Shown in pieces: positions 1 to 7,876 of a stretch of DNA of 57,473 bases. The position numbers and the translations under genes are program-made. The notes under the pieces were generated by a model. It searched no databases and was not told where the DNA came from. It saw nothing but the letters and a program-made list of their open reading frames with translations. This DNA is from Fibrobacteria bacterium. GTDB taxonomy: Bacteria > Fibrobacterota > Chitinivibrionia > Chitinivibrionales > FEN-1185. Every line of letters begins with the position of its first letter. Position 1 is the first letter of the stretch. Where the stretch lies: positions 1 through 57,473 of the forward strand of contig JBBIGR010000034.1 of NCBI GenBank assembly GCA_037447435.1. The letters are read 5' to 3'.

Positions 1-53
1 ACAATACACACAATTAAAAACAAAAAACTGTAAACATTTTTTAGGACTTGACC
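1..53 (+). mobile_element. Right end (IRR) of an insertion sequence, truncated by the window edge; probably IS3 family
   Basis: Bases 25-53 (AAACTGTAAACATTTTTTAGGACTTGACC) are the reverse complement of 57421-57449 at 25/29 positions. Frame 1 is open from base 1 (TIHTIKNKKL) and stops at TAA 31-33 inside the IR, as a transposase C-terminus would. Family assignment is tentative. Confidence 0.65.
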
Positions 54-105
54 CACTCCTTAGCCCCCGTCCCCTTTTCCCCTATCCCTTTAAGGGGCCA
101 GGGAT
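54..105 (+). repeat. C-rich short interspersed (REP-like) repeat, copy 1
   Basis: CACTCCTTAGCCCCCGTCCCCTTTTCCCCTATCCCTTTAAGGGGC (54-98) aligns with 57368-57411 with a few substitutions and one indel. Contains a CCCT-TTAA-GGGG hairpin; ATCCCT (84-89) can pair with AGGGAT (100-105). Confidence 0.7.
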
Positions 106-463
106 GTAAGAATATGAAGGCAACAAACTGTTTGCGAACTGCTTGATAACTTAACAATTAACAAAAAGATAAAATGGGCCAAACGGGAGTTTGCATAACC
201 TCCTTCCTGATTTTTTGTAGTAGTGATTATCCGGGCATATGCCATTGAAGATAAAGCGGCATAGCCGTGCGAGATGATGAAATGAATATGATAAACGGAC
301 GTCGGGCTATCCAAATAAAATATCGAACTAAATTACTAGTTGACAAGATGCTTATAAGATATACCCTTTTTTTCTTGCTTCGCCCAAGCCCAAAATTTAT
401 TTCGTGACTATTTTATACGGTCATTGCAAGGTCGTTGTGACTTTCCGATAAAAAAATCATTTT

Positions 464-479
464 TGTGACGGTTATCACA
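464..479. promoter_or_regulatory. CRP/FNR-family-type palindromic binding site
   Basis: TGTGA-CGGTTA-TCACA is an exact TGTGA-N6-TCACA match about 90 bp upstream of the 567 ATG. Further half-sites: TGTGA at 436-440 and CGTGA at 403-407. Confidence 0.55.
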
Positions 480-566
480 CCTGTTTTGGCTTCAGGTATT
501 TATTTTACTCAATAAGGCTGATCAATTTATTGGGGTTTTCAACCGGTGTTTAAACAGGAATAATCT

Positions 567-2141
567 ATGGCCGTTGCCACTCAAGACCCGCGAAAGTATT
601 TCAAAAGCAAAAGTTGTACGCAATGTCTGTATAAGCCCTGCGACAACCTCAGATTCGGCCGTGTTTACAATGGCAAATATGTCCTCGTCCATTCACGGCT
701 TATGGGCAATGGAATATCCGATTGTCCGTTTATGGAACAAAACTCGGACGAAGTCCAAACGTTTTTCGAAAACACTTCGTTTCTGGATTTAATAGACCAT
801 ATCAACGGGCTCTTCTCCGAGCTTTCCATAACCGAGCAATTAACGTTTAATCAGGAATCGTATGTTACGAACTACGATGATTTTTCGGGCCGCATCCAAT
901 TTCTTATGGCTATGTGGAACGATTCCGTTTTCCGCGTAATACGCATTCCGTCTATGACCGTCAACAAACAAATGATGCGCTGGCTTTATGCGAATGAAAG
1001 CCTCGAGTATACGCTGCAAAATAAAGTTTCCCAAACTCCGGACAATCGCGCGGCCGCAACCGATTCCATGGCGCAAAAACCGCAGGCAGCTGCCGCTCCA
1101 AAAAAGAAAGAAGAAATCACCGAAATCGAAGTGTTTGTCGAAGGGGAAGAGGGGCCGAGAAAAGTAAATTCGAATGGGACGTTGGAGATCGTGCCGGACT
1201 TGCTCAAGGGACGAAAAATCACCTGTAAAGAAGTTAACGGCCTTTCCGTCGATTGGAACCTCAGCGGATACGATGTGGATTCCAAGACCGGCAGCGAAGT
1301 GACGTTTCAATTGAGAGGATGGCCGAAGCTTTCACATGTTGTTTGGTTTCCCAATGAAAAGCCCAAAGCGGTAAGGATCACTGCAAAAGATAAACAGGGG
1401 AAACAGCTTCATGCTTCACTGAATGTTTTTTCCGGTAGTAAGGAAATTATCGAACTTGAATTTGTTAAAATGCCTGTCTGGAAAAAAATGGAAGAAATAA
1501 AGCACCATATTGAAGACATATTTTACAAACTGACAGGAAGAAAAGTAGAAATTAACTTGCTCGAAGGGAAAATCGCATATTCGGCAAATTTTGAAGAAAG
1601 TGAAGAAGAAAAAGTCTTTTATGCTTATGATTTTGCCGGCGGATTAGACCCGCTGTTTTCTGCTGAGGTGCGATTACCTATCGGTCCAGTATTTCCAGCG
1701 CCTAAAATATTGGAAAAATATTATAAATTTATTAAATTTGAATGTTTTATCGGTGGCGGAATGGCTTTGAATTTCCATTTTGTCAAAAAAAATATTAAAA
1801 ATCACCAAGCCCAATTAAAATCCGAGCCTAAGATCGAATTCGGGATAGAAGGTACTTCGCATATTGAAGCACAGATATTGTCTAAAAAGATTGTGGTTAT
1901 TGATGCAAAGTTAGGGGCTTTATCCGGCTTAGAAGGAGCATTAGGCGGGTTCGGAGGAAACGAAGGGCTTGGGGTGACCGGTGAATTCGGGTGGTCTGGA
2001 ATTAAAGCAAATGGGTATATCAGTGCAATGGATGGAAAATTTGTATATAAGAAAGAAATAACTTTTGTAGAACCGGTTACTTTTATTAAACGCGAAAAAC
2101 TGCTTTTTGTCAGCGAAAAAACTGCGAAGGAAGGTGAGTAG
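567..2141 (+). CDS. Hypothetical protein, 524 aa: Cys-containing N-terminal domain, Ala/Pro/Lys linker, Ig-like middle and Gly-rich beta-strand C-terminus; possible secreted effector
   Basis: Long ORF with RBS (AGGA). CxxC...C...C in the N-terminus, linker AAATDSMAQKPQAAAAPKKKEE, no signal peptide. The 3' part is more AT-rich. Function not recognised. Confidence 0.8.
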   Translation: MAVATQDPRKYFKSKSCTQCLYKPCDNLRFGRVYNGKYVLVHSRLMGNGISDCPFMEQNSDEVQTFFENTSFLDLIDHINGLFSELSITEQLTFNQESYVTNYDDFSGRIQFLMAMWNDSVFRVIRIPSMTVNKQMMRWLYANESLEYTLQNKVSQTPDNRAAATDSMAQKPQAAAAPKKKEEITEIEVFVEGEEGPRKVNSNGTLEIVPDLLKGRKITCKEVNGLSVDWNLSGYDVDSKTGSEVTFQLRGWPKLSHVVWFPNEKPKAVRITAKDKQGKQLHASLNVFSGSKEIIELEFVKMPVWKKMEEIKHHIEDIFYKLTGRKVEINLLEGKIAYSANFEESEEEKVFYAYDFAGGLDPLFSAEVRLPIGPVFPAPKILEKYYKFIKFECFIGGGMALNFHFVKKNIKNHQAQLKSEPKIEFGIEGTSHIEAQILSKKIVVIDAKLGALSGLEGALGGFGGNEGLGVTGEFGWSGIKANGYISAMDGKFVYKKEITFVEPVTFIKREKLLFVSEKTAKEGE

Positions 2142-2983
2142 TGAACGTTAATTTATTGCGGGATATAGGCCTTTCTTTAATACCGCTCTTTTTTGTTCTT
2201 ATATGTTTTTTGATCGCTGCTTCATTGATGGAGTCAATATTTAAACCGCTCAAATTTTCAAAGAAATCACCAATTGTTAATTCAGTCCAGGCTGTTATTA
2301 AAAAAATCACCGCAAATATCAATGTGTCGCGCGTCAGTGTAACCAGCGATTACATTTTGACCACTTTTGACTATGAATATATTGTCGATGGAAAAATTTA
2401 TAAAGACTCAATTATGCCCGATATGTTTTCATATCCTCAATTCAAAATTCTTCATCAAAGACTTCAGGAACAATTTCCCGGCCAAATTCTGCATGTTAAC
2501 GTCCCGATTAGCATGAAAAGTGAAAATGTAGTTTATTCGACTCTTGCATCTCCGTACGATACTTATTTGAAAGATATTCCATTTTACGGTAAACATTATA
2601 AACCCGAATCAACTATTGAGATGCTTTATTTAAAAACAGATCCCTCAATATCGTATATCCCCTTTTTTGAAAAGTTTGATGGTAGCTTAATCGTAAAGCT
2701 CCTTCTTCTTTCGGCACTTGCGGCATTTTTAATGATGAATGCGTTTAATGGAGAGTCTACCTTACCCAAACTTACTTTTCTAAAATGTTATATTCTTTTT
2801 ATAGGAATCTCAATTATTCCTGCATTATCTCCTTTTAAGAGCCCTTTCAATTTTATCGCTAATAGCTTTGTTTCATTATTTGATAAGTCAAAAACAAAGT
2901 TTGAATCGGTAGAAATTGTATTGGACCAAAATGCTACTGAACAAAGTCTCAGACAAATAATCGCTGATGCAAAGAAGAAGTGA
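2141..2983 (+). CDS. Membrane protein, DUF3592-like (N-terminal TM, YxYxVDGxxY beta domain, two C-terminal TMs)
   Basis: GTG start overlaps the upstream TAG. Motifs DYEYIVDGKIY and IEMLYLKTDPSIS; hydrophobic segments. Paralogous to the next gene. Confidence 0.7.
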   Translation: MNVNLLRDIGLSLIPLFFVLICFLIAASLMESIFKPLKFSKKSPIVNSVQAVIKKITANINVSRVSVTSDYILTTFDYEYIVDGKIYKDSIMPDMFSYPQFKILHQRLQEQFPGQILHVNVPISMKSENVVYSTLASPYDTYLKDIPFYGKHYKPESTIEMLYLKTDPSISYIPFFEKFDGSLIVKLLLLSALAAFLMMNAFNGESTLPKLTFLKCYILFIGISIIPALSPFKSPFNFIANSFVSLFDKSKTKFESVEIVLDQNATEQSLRQIIADAKKK

Positions 2984-3876
2984 ATAGGAAACTTTTTTCT
3001 ATGTTTCATAATTTGAATTTGATCGGAATGATCCTGGTATCGCTCGTCTTTTTAGGTATCGGCTGTTTTATTTACAAAATGAACATGGATTTCTTTGCGG
3101 CAGCTATCAAATATGTCAGGCTTTCCGGTAATTCGCAACAATACGGATTAATTACGGGAAAAATCCGCTCCGTCGCCATTGAAATGGAACGAGGTAACGA
3201 AGACCATCACAAGCGGGAATATTATTCAATTAATTTGAACTATGAGTTTTCCTTCGAGGGACAGACATACAGTGGTGGAAATGTAATTCGGACAAGTTAT
3301 CGTTCGATACCAAAGGTAATACAATATTGTCGGAAGCTATATCCCAATCAAATAATAAATTTAAAAGTTCAGCCTGATGAAAAGCTGGGTGCCGATCCTA
3401 ATAATTTGAAGGAATTCAAGACCTTCTTGGAGCCGATGTATTATGAATATAAGCCTATCGAATTAAATTCCCCAATAATGATACTTTATGATAAAACCAA
3501 CCCTTCAGACAATTGCGCGAAACAAGATGCTAAAAAGTCTAACATTATAGGGATACTATTTTGTATCCTCATTGCATCCGTCATTGGAGCGGTATTCGCT
3601 TCATTGGGTGCGGTGATAATCAAAATATTGCCTGAAGAAAAATTTGTTCGAGGTATGCTCACCATTTATCCGCTGTTGCTTACGTCAATAATACCGGCTT
3701 TTTTTATGAGTACGACTTTAAGGGATACTGATGAAAAATTAAACGCCCGGGACAAGGAAAACAAACCGGTTTATTTCGAACTTATTGTCGACCAAAACAT
3801 CTCCGAACAACATTTAAAAGAGCAATTGCATTCTCAAAAAGTCAAATATCAAGAACTCCTATCTCAAAACCAATAG
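2980..3876 (+). CDS. Membrane protein, DUF3592-like; paralog of 2141..2983
   Basis: GTGA overlap with the previous stop. Motifs NYEFSFEGQTY and IMILYDKTNPSDN. Shared C-terminal motif ELIVDQNISEQHL vs EIVLDQNATEQSL. Confidence 0.7.
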   Translation: MNRKLFSMFHNLNLIGMILVSLVFLGIGCFIYKMNMDFFAAAIKYVRLSGNSQQYGLITGKIRSVAIEMERGNEDHHKREYYSINLNYEFSFEGQTYSGGNVIRTSYRSIPKVIQYCRKLYPNQIINLKVQPDEKLGADPNNLKEFKTFLEPMYYEYKPIELNSPIMILYDKTNPSDNCAKQDAKKSNIIGILFCILIASVIGAVFASLGAVIIKILPEEKFVRGMLTIYPLLLTSIIPAFFMSTTLRDTDEKLNARDKENKPVYFELIVDQNISEQHLKEQLHSQKVKYQELLSQNQ

Positions 3877-3885
3877 GAACTCTCC

Positions 3886-4665
3886 ATGGCGCAAAAATAC
3901 TACCGTTTCTCAATAGTCCATCATGGCTTCAGCATTGAATTACGGGTCAATGATGTTGTTATCGATTCCGATCCTGCCGGTATGTTCCGCAATCGGGCGT
4001 TTATCAATAATTTGTTTATTGTCAATGGAAAGAATACCGTAACGTTGTCCATTAGTCTTGCCGGCGACCCGCCGCAAATGCCCGCGGACCTCACTCTGTC
4101 GTGCATGGTCCATGAACTCACCGAAGACCAGCTCGACGGAAAAAACTTGCCGCCCCCATTGGCATTATTGGAATTTCCCGGCAAGGAAGTTCCTTCTTTT
4201 CCCGCAACCCTCACTGCCGAGTTTGATGTCGACAGTCCGTTTGACCGGTGGTTTTGGGAAGACGCGGAACGCGTTGATGAAGTGATGCCGGACGATGTCG
4301 TTGCCTGTGCGGACGTTGCAAAGAGTCTGCATGGTGCGCTCGAACAAAAAGATCTGCAAAAGCTCTTGCCGCATTTGGAAATAAAAACCAAGGAAATTGC
4401 GCATGCGTTTTATATCGATCCGACGCAACGCGCTCAAGACCAACAGGAATTTTTTAAAGAAGTATTTAACGATCCCCAATTCGGTATGGAACCATTGAAT
4501 ACCGAGGACCTTGAAATCGTGCCGATGGGAAATAACCGGGTCTTTCTGCTGAGGAAATCCGACGGGGCCATCGCACTCGAATCTAAGGAGTTGTCTGCGG
4601 GGTATTGTTTTTCCCTACCGATTTACTTGTCTAAAGCAAATGGCGAGTGGCGGGTTATCAGGTAA
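3886..4665 (+). CDS. Acidic cytoplasmic hypothetical protein, 259 aa
   Basis: RBS AGGA, clean ORF 9 bp after the previous stop, host-like GC. N-terminal beta-rich ELRVNDV...NGKNTVTL motif. Confidence 0.75.
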   Translation: MAQKYYRFSIVHHGFSIELRVNDVVIDSDPAGMFRNRAFINNLFIVNGKNTVTLSISLAGDPPQMPADLTLSCMVHELTEDQLDGKNLPPPLALLEFPGKEVPSFPATLTAEFDVDSPFDRWFWEDAERVDEVMPDDVVACADVAKSLHGALEQKDLQKLLPHLEIKTKEIAHAFYIDPTQRAQDQQEFFKEVFNDPQFGMEPLNTEDLEIVPMGNNRVFLLRKSDGAIALESKELSAGYCFSLPIYLSKANGEWRVIR

Positions 4666-4671
4666 AGTGTT

Positions 4672-6033
4672 TCATTCCCAAACAAACGTCCGCTTTAAAA
4701 CCCTGCTGTCGGGCATAGTGACGATGGCGACATATTTCCCCGACGGCAAATGCGCCTGGTCGAAAACGAAACTCCCTTTCAGCAAATGCGACTTTGTCAA
4801 TGTAAACACGGTTTTGCCGAGGATGTTGACTATTGTTATTTTGACCGGTTGGTCCGGCGGCACGGGAAAATAAAGCATATTGTGACGGATTGTCACTGAT
4901 TTTGCCCCGGCATCGTCGGCCCTGTCCTGGATGTGCGTTTGGTAAAAGACCGGTTCGTCTTTGGGGACAATGCCCGTCATGAGGGTTTGCACATGATACT
5001 GGGCGCAACTTGCAAGACCGTTGAAATCCGAAGACGTACCTGCGTCCGCATAACCGCCTTCTAACAATGAAACCAGCCTGCCCTGACAATGCTTGTCCGC
5101 AATCGCCATCGCCATACTTGTCAAGCGTGAAAAGCCGGTCGGCGTCAGGTCGAAGCAGCCCAATGAATCGAGTTTCTTGCTGTCGAACCCTGCGGAAATA
5201 ATAATTAAATCCGGTTTGAACGAATCTGCGGCGGGGATCAATTTATCGGTCCAGGCTTTTTCGAATTCCGATATCCCCGATCCGCATTCCATGTCGACAT
5301 TGATGTTGTAACCCTGTCCCGGCCCTATGCCGGTGCAGGACGGATCGCTGCCGATCGAATACACGGTATTGTCAAAGGTGAATTTGTCGTTAAATCTGCC
5401 CGGATAGCCGTTACAATCGTGGGTTGAAAAAAACAAAACCGTCGGATCGCTGTAAAATGCGAATTGGGTACCGTTGCCGTGATGGTAATCCCAATCGATG
5501 ATAAGCACATTTTTTACGCCGCAGGCGGTCTGCGCGTATTTCGCGGCAATCGCCGCATTCGAATAAAAGCAAAACCCTTCCTCTGAACCGGCATTGTGGG
5601 CATGATGTCCGGGCGGTCGAATGGAACAAAAAGCGTTTCTGACGGTTCCGCTGCATACATCGCGAACCGCACCCAATGCGCTTGCCACAGCCAATTCCGC
5701 CGCAGGGCCGGTTTCCTGCAACGCCCGAATGGATGCGATATGAGATGGCGTATGGATAAGCCCGATGAACGGATAGGGATCCGATACCGGTTTTATGGAT
5801 GAAAGAGAATTCGTCATATTCGCGGCATCAAGGAATTGCTGTATCCATTTTATCCGCACCGGCAATTCGGTGCTGTGCGGATGAGAAAACATGATGTCGT
5901 TTTTGTCGCACGCATACCCTGTCGGTACCGTCGGTCCGTTTGCCGCCGTGCAAATGCCCTTCATTAAAGGAGATAATGCGCCCATGGAAACGATGCTATT
6001 AGCCATAAATCCGATGAATTTTCTTCTGTTCAT
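4672..6033 (-). CDS. Histone deacetylase (HDAC/AcuC/APAH) family protein with twin-arginine signal peptide and C-terminal secretion-sorting-like domain
   Basis: Catalytic motifs RPPGHHA, GFCFYSN, DWDYHHGNGTQ, SAGFD, LEGGY all present. Start placed at MNRRKFIG (6033). Tail ITIVNILGKTV...LPSGKYVAIV resembles a T9SS type A CTD. Confidence 0.9.
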   Translation of the reverse strand: MNRRKFIGFMANSIVSMGALSPLMKGICTAANGPTVPTGYACDKNDIMFSHPHSTELPVRIKWIQQFLDAANMTNSLSSIKPVSDPYPFIGLIHTPSHIASIRALQETGPAAELAVASALGAVRDVCSGTVRNAFCSIRPPGHHAHNAGSEEGFCFYSNAAIAAKYAQTACGVKNVLIIDWDYHHGNGTQFAFYSDPTVLFFSTHDCNGYPGRFNDKFTFDNTVYSIGSDPSCTGIGPGQGYNINVDMECGSGISEFEKAWTDKLIPAADSFKPDLIIISAGFDSKKLDSLGCFDLTPTGFSRLTSMAMAIADKHCQGRLVSLLEGGYADAGTSSDFNGLASCAQYHVQTLMTGIVPKDEPVFYQTHIQDRADDAGAKSVTIRHNMLYFPVPPDQPVKITIVNILGKTVFTLTKSHLLKGSFVFDQAHLPSGKYVAIVTMPDSRVLKRTFVWE

Positions 6034-6156
6034 TTTTTGATTCCAAATTCTTGGGACAATTAAATATAACATAAGAAATAGTAGATTCCGGCGCCACGTA
6101 ATTTATTAACCTCGATTCACAGGGGAAGAAGTTTTTAAAACGTAAAAGGACCATTC

Positions 6157-6897
6157 ATGCCTTTCAAATTGCCGTTTCCCGATAAAAAACCGTTTTCATT
6201 TTACAATGTGAAAATCCCCCATACGTTACGCGCCATGGTCCTGGCTCCTCATCCCGATGATTTTGATGCCATTTGCGTAACCATGAAAATGCTCAAGGAA
6301 AACGGAAATCCTATTTCGGTCATGGTGCTAACATCCGGGGCAAGCGGTGTGGAAGACGGGTATAAAGACGCGGATTCCAAAAAAGAAAAAGCCCAGCTGC
6401 GTGAAAAGGAACAAACCCAAAGTTGCAATTTCTTCGGGCTTCCTGCACGGCGGCTACAGTTTTATAATTTGACTGAAGATGAAAACGGCCATCCGATTGA
6501 AAATGAAGAAAACAGAGAAAAAATCCATGATGCGATGCAGGAATTCGCTCCCGACATGGTATTTCTTCCCCACGGCAACGATACGAATGACGGGCATAGG
6601 CGCATATTTTCCATTGTTAAGAAATTGTCCGAAATGGAAAACAACCGGTTTATCATGTTTTTGAATAAAGACGCCAAAACCGTCTCGATGCGCCTGGATG
6701 TCTTTACACCGTATAATGAAGAAAAAGCAGTGTGGAAGGCGCGAATGCTTAAGTTCCACGATTCCCAACAGCAACGGAATTTGCATGTGCGCAATCGGGG
6801 ATTCGATGAAAGGGTTATCGGCGTTGACAGGGATACTGCGGCCGGCCTCGGAATATTGTTGCCTTATGCGGAAGCCTTTGAGATCGAGGGATGTTAA
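6157..6897 (+). CDS. PIG-L/LmbE family N-acetyl-sugar deacetylase
   Basis: APHPDD motif, REKEQ (RxxE) motif, later PHGNDTNDGH metal-binding His, C-terminal HDSQ and AEAF. RBS AAGGA. Confidence 0.85.
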   Translation: MPFKLPFPDKKPFSFYNVKIPHTLRAMVLAPHPDDFDAICVTMKMLKENGNPISVMVLTSGASGVEDGYKDADSKKEKAQLREKEQTQSCNFFGLPARRLQFYNLTEDENGHPIENEENREKIHDAMQEFAPDMVFLPHGNDTNDGHRRIFSIVKKLSEMENNRFIMFLNKDAKTVSMRLDVFTPYNEEKAVWKARMLKFHDSQQQRNLHVRNRGFDERVIGVDRDTAAGLGILLPYAEAFEIEGC

Positions 6898-7658
6898 TTT
6901 TCGATCCTGAATTCAATTTCAATCGGCTTAATTCTGGCTTTCACCGACACACCCTTGAATTTTCCCGGTTTGTATTTCCATCTGCTCACCGCTTTCACAA
7001 CTTCGTCCGACAATAACTCGTTCGGTGAACTTAAAACCTTTACCGAAATAATAGATCCGTCGGCGTCGATGACTGCCTGTACCTTTACAATTCCCAATAT
7101 CCCCTGGTCTTTTACAAATTCGGGATAAAAGGGTTCTACCTTTTTCACTACAACCGGCGCTTCGTCGACCATTCCCTCTTCATAAACTTTATCGGTTGCA
7201 ATCTGTCCATTTCCGCCGCTGCCCGGACTTGAATTTGCCTGAGCAGTTGTTGCGGCAGATGAAGAAGTTGCAGCTGCGGGTGCTTCGGGCGTGGGTGATG
7301 GTTTATCGGGTTTTTGGTCCGTAGGAACGGTTGACGGTATTGGTTTTTGTTCGACCTCGGGAATGCTTTGCGGTATTGGTGTGGCCGGCGGCGCAGGGGA
7401 CACGGGTTTCGGCGCAGCGGGAGCGACTCTTGGCGCCCGAGCCTGGGCGGGTTTGTCCGGTACTTCGAAAACCTGGGTCAATTTGACCAGTTCAAAAGTG
7501 TAGGGCCTGGTAAATTCCTTGGATTTATAAAGAGATTTTGTCAGTGCCAACATGCCGGAAAAGAATGCAATATGGCACAGCAGGGAAAACAGGATTACCG
7601 GCACAAGCGGGCGGCGATGAAGGGAATTATTTAATACTTTGTAAAAAATTTGGAACAT
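6894..7658 (-). CDS. tonB: Energy transducer TonB family protein
   Basis: N-terminal TM with SLLCH motif, Pro-rich linker, TonB C-terminal domain PFYPE...GIVKVQAVIDADG...WKYKPG. Confidence 0.85.
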   Translation of the reverse strand: MFQIFYKVLNNSLHRRPLVPVILFSLLCHIAFFSGMLALTKSLYKSKEFTRPYTFELVKLTQVFEVPDKPAQARAPRVAPAAPKPVSPAPPATPIPQSIPEVEQKPIPSTVPTDQKPDKPSPTPEAPAAATSSSAATTAQANSSPGSGGNGQIATDKVYEEGMVDEAPVVVKKVEPFYPEFVKDQGILGIVKVQAVIDADGSIISVKVLSSPNELLSDEVVKAVSRWKYKPGKFKGVSVKARIKPIEIEFRIEN

Positions 7659-7876
7659 ACGAAAATAAAATACCTTATAACGCTTTTTAAAGGCATATCG
7701 GCGAAGAAATGAATATCTTTGAATCCGTCTTGTATCTGCAGTTGTGCGCCATTAATTTTTTGACCCAAGATTAAAAAACTTCGGACATAATAAATTGGGG
7801 TTGTTTTAACGGAAATCCGGAACTTTCGGCAAAGGCTTTTTAACCTTTTTAGGTAAAGACAATCACAACAAAAACA

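Noticed and set aside
90..314. 74-aa minus-strand ORF
   Set aside because: Non-ATG start, no recognisable motif, and it ends inside the repeat element; probably spurious.
340..368. TTGACA -35 hexamer
   Set aside because: No credible -10 hexamer at 16-18 bp spacing.
6894..7658. TonB as part of a PUL uptake system for the CAZyme array
   Set aside because: It is 20 kb away, has no adjacent exbB/exbD or TonB-dependent receptor, and nothing in the sequence links it to the array.
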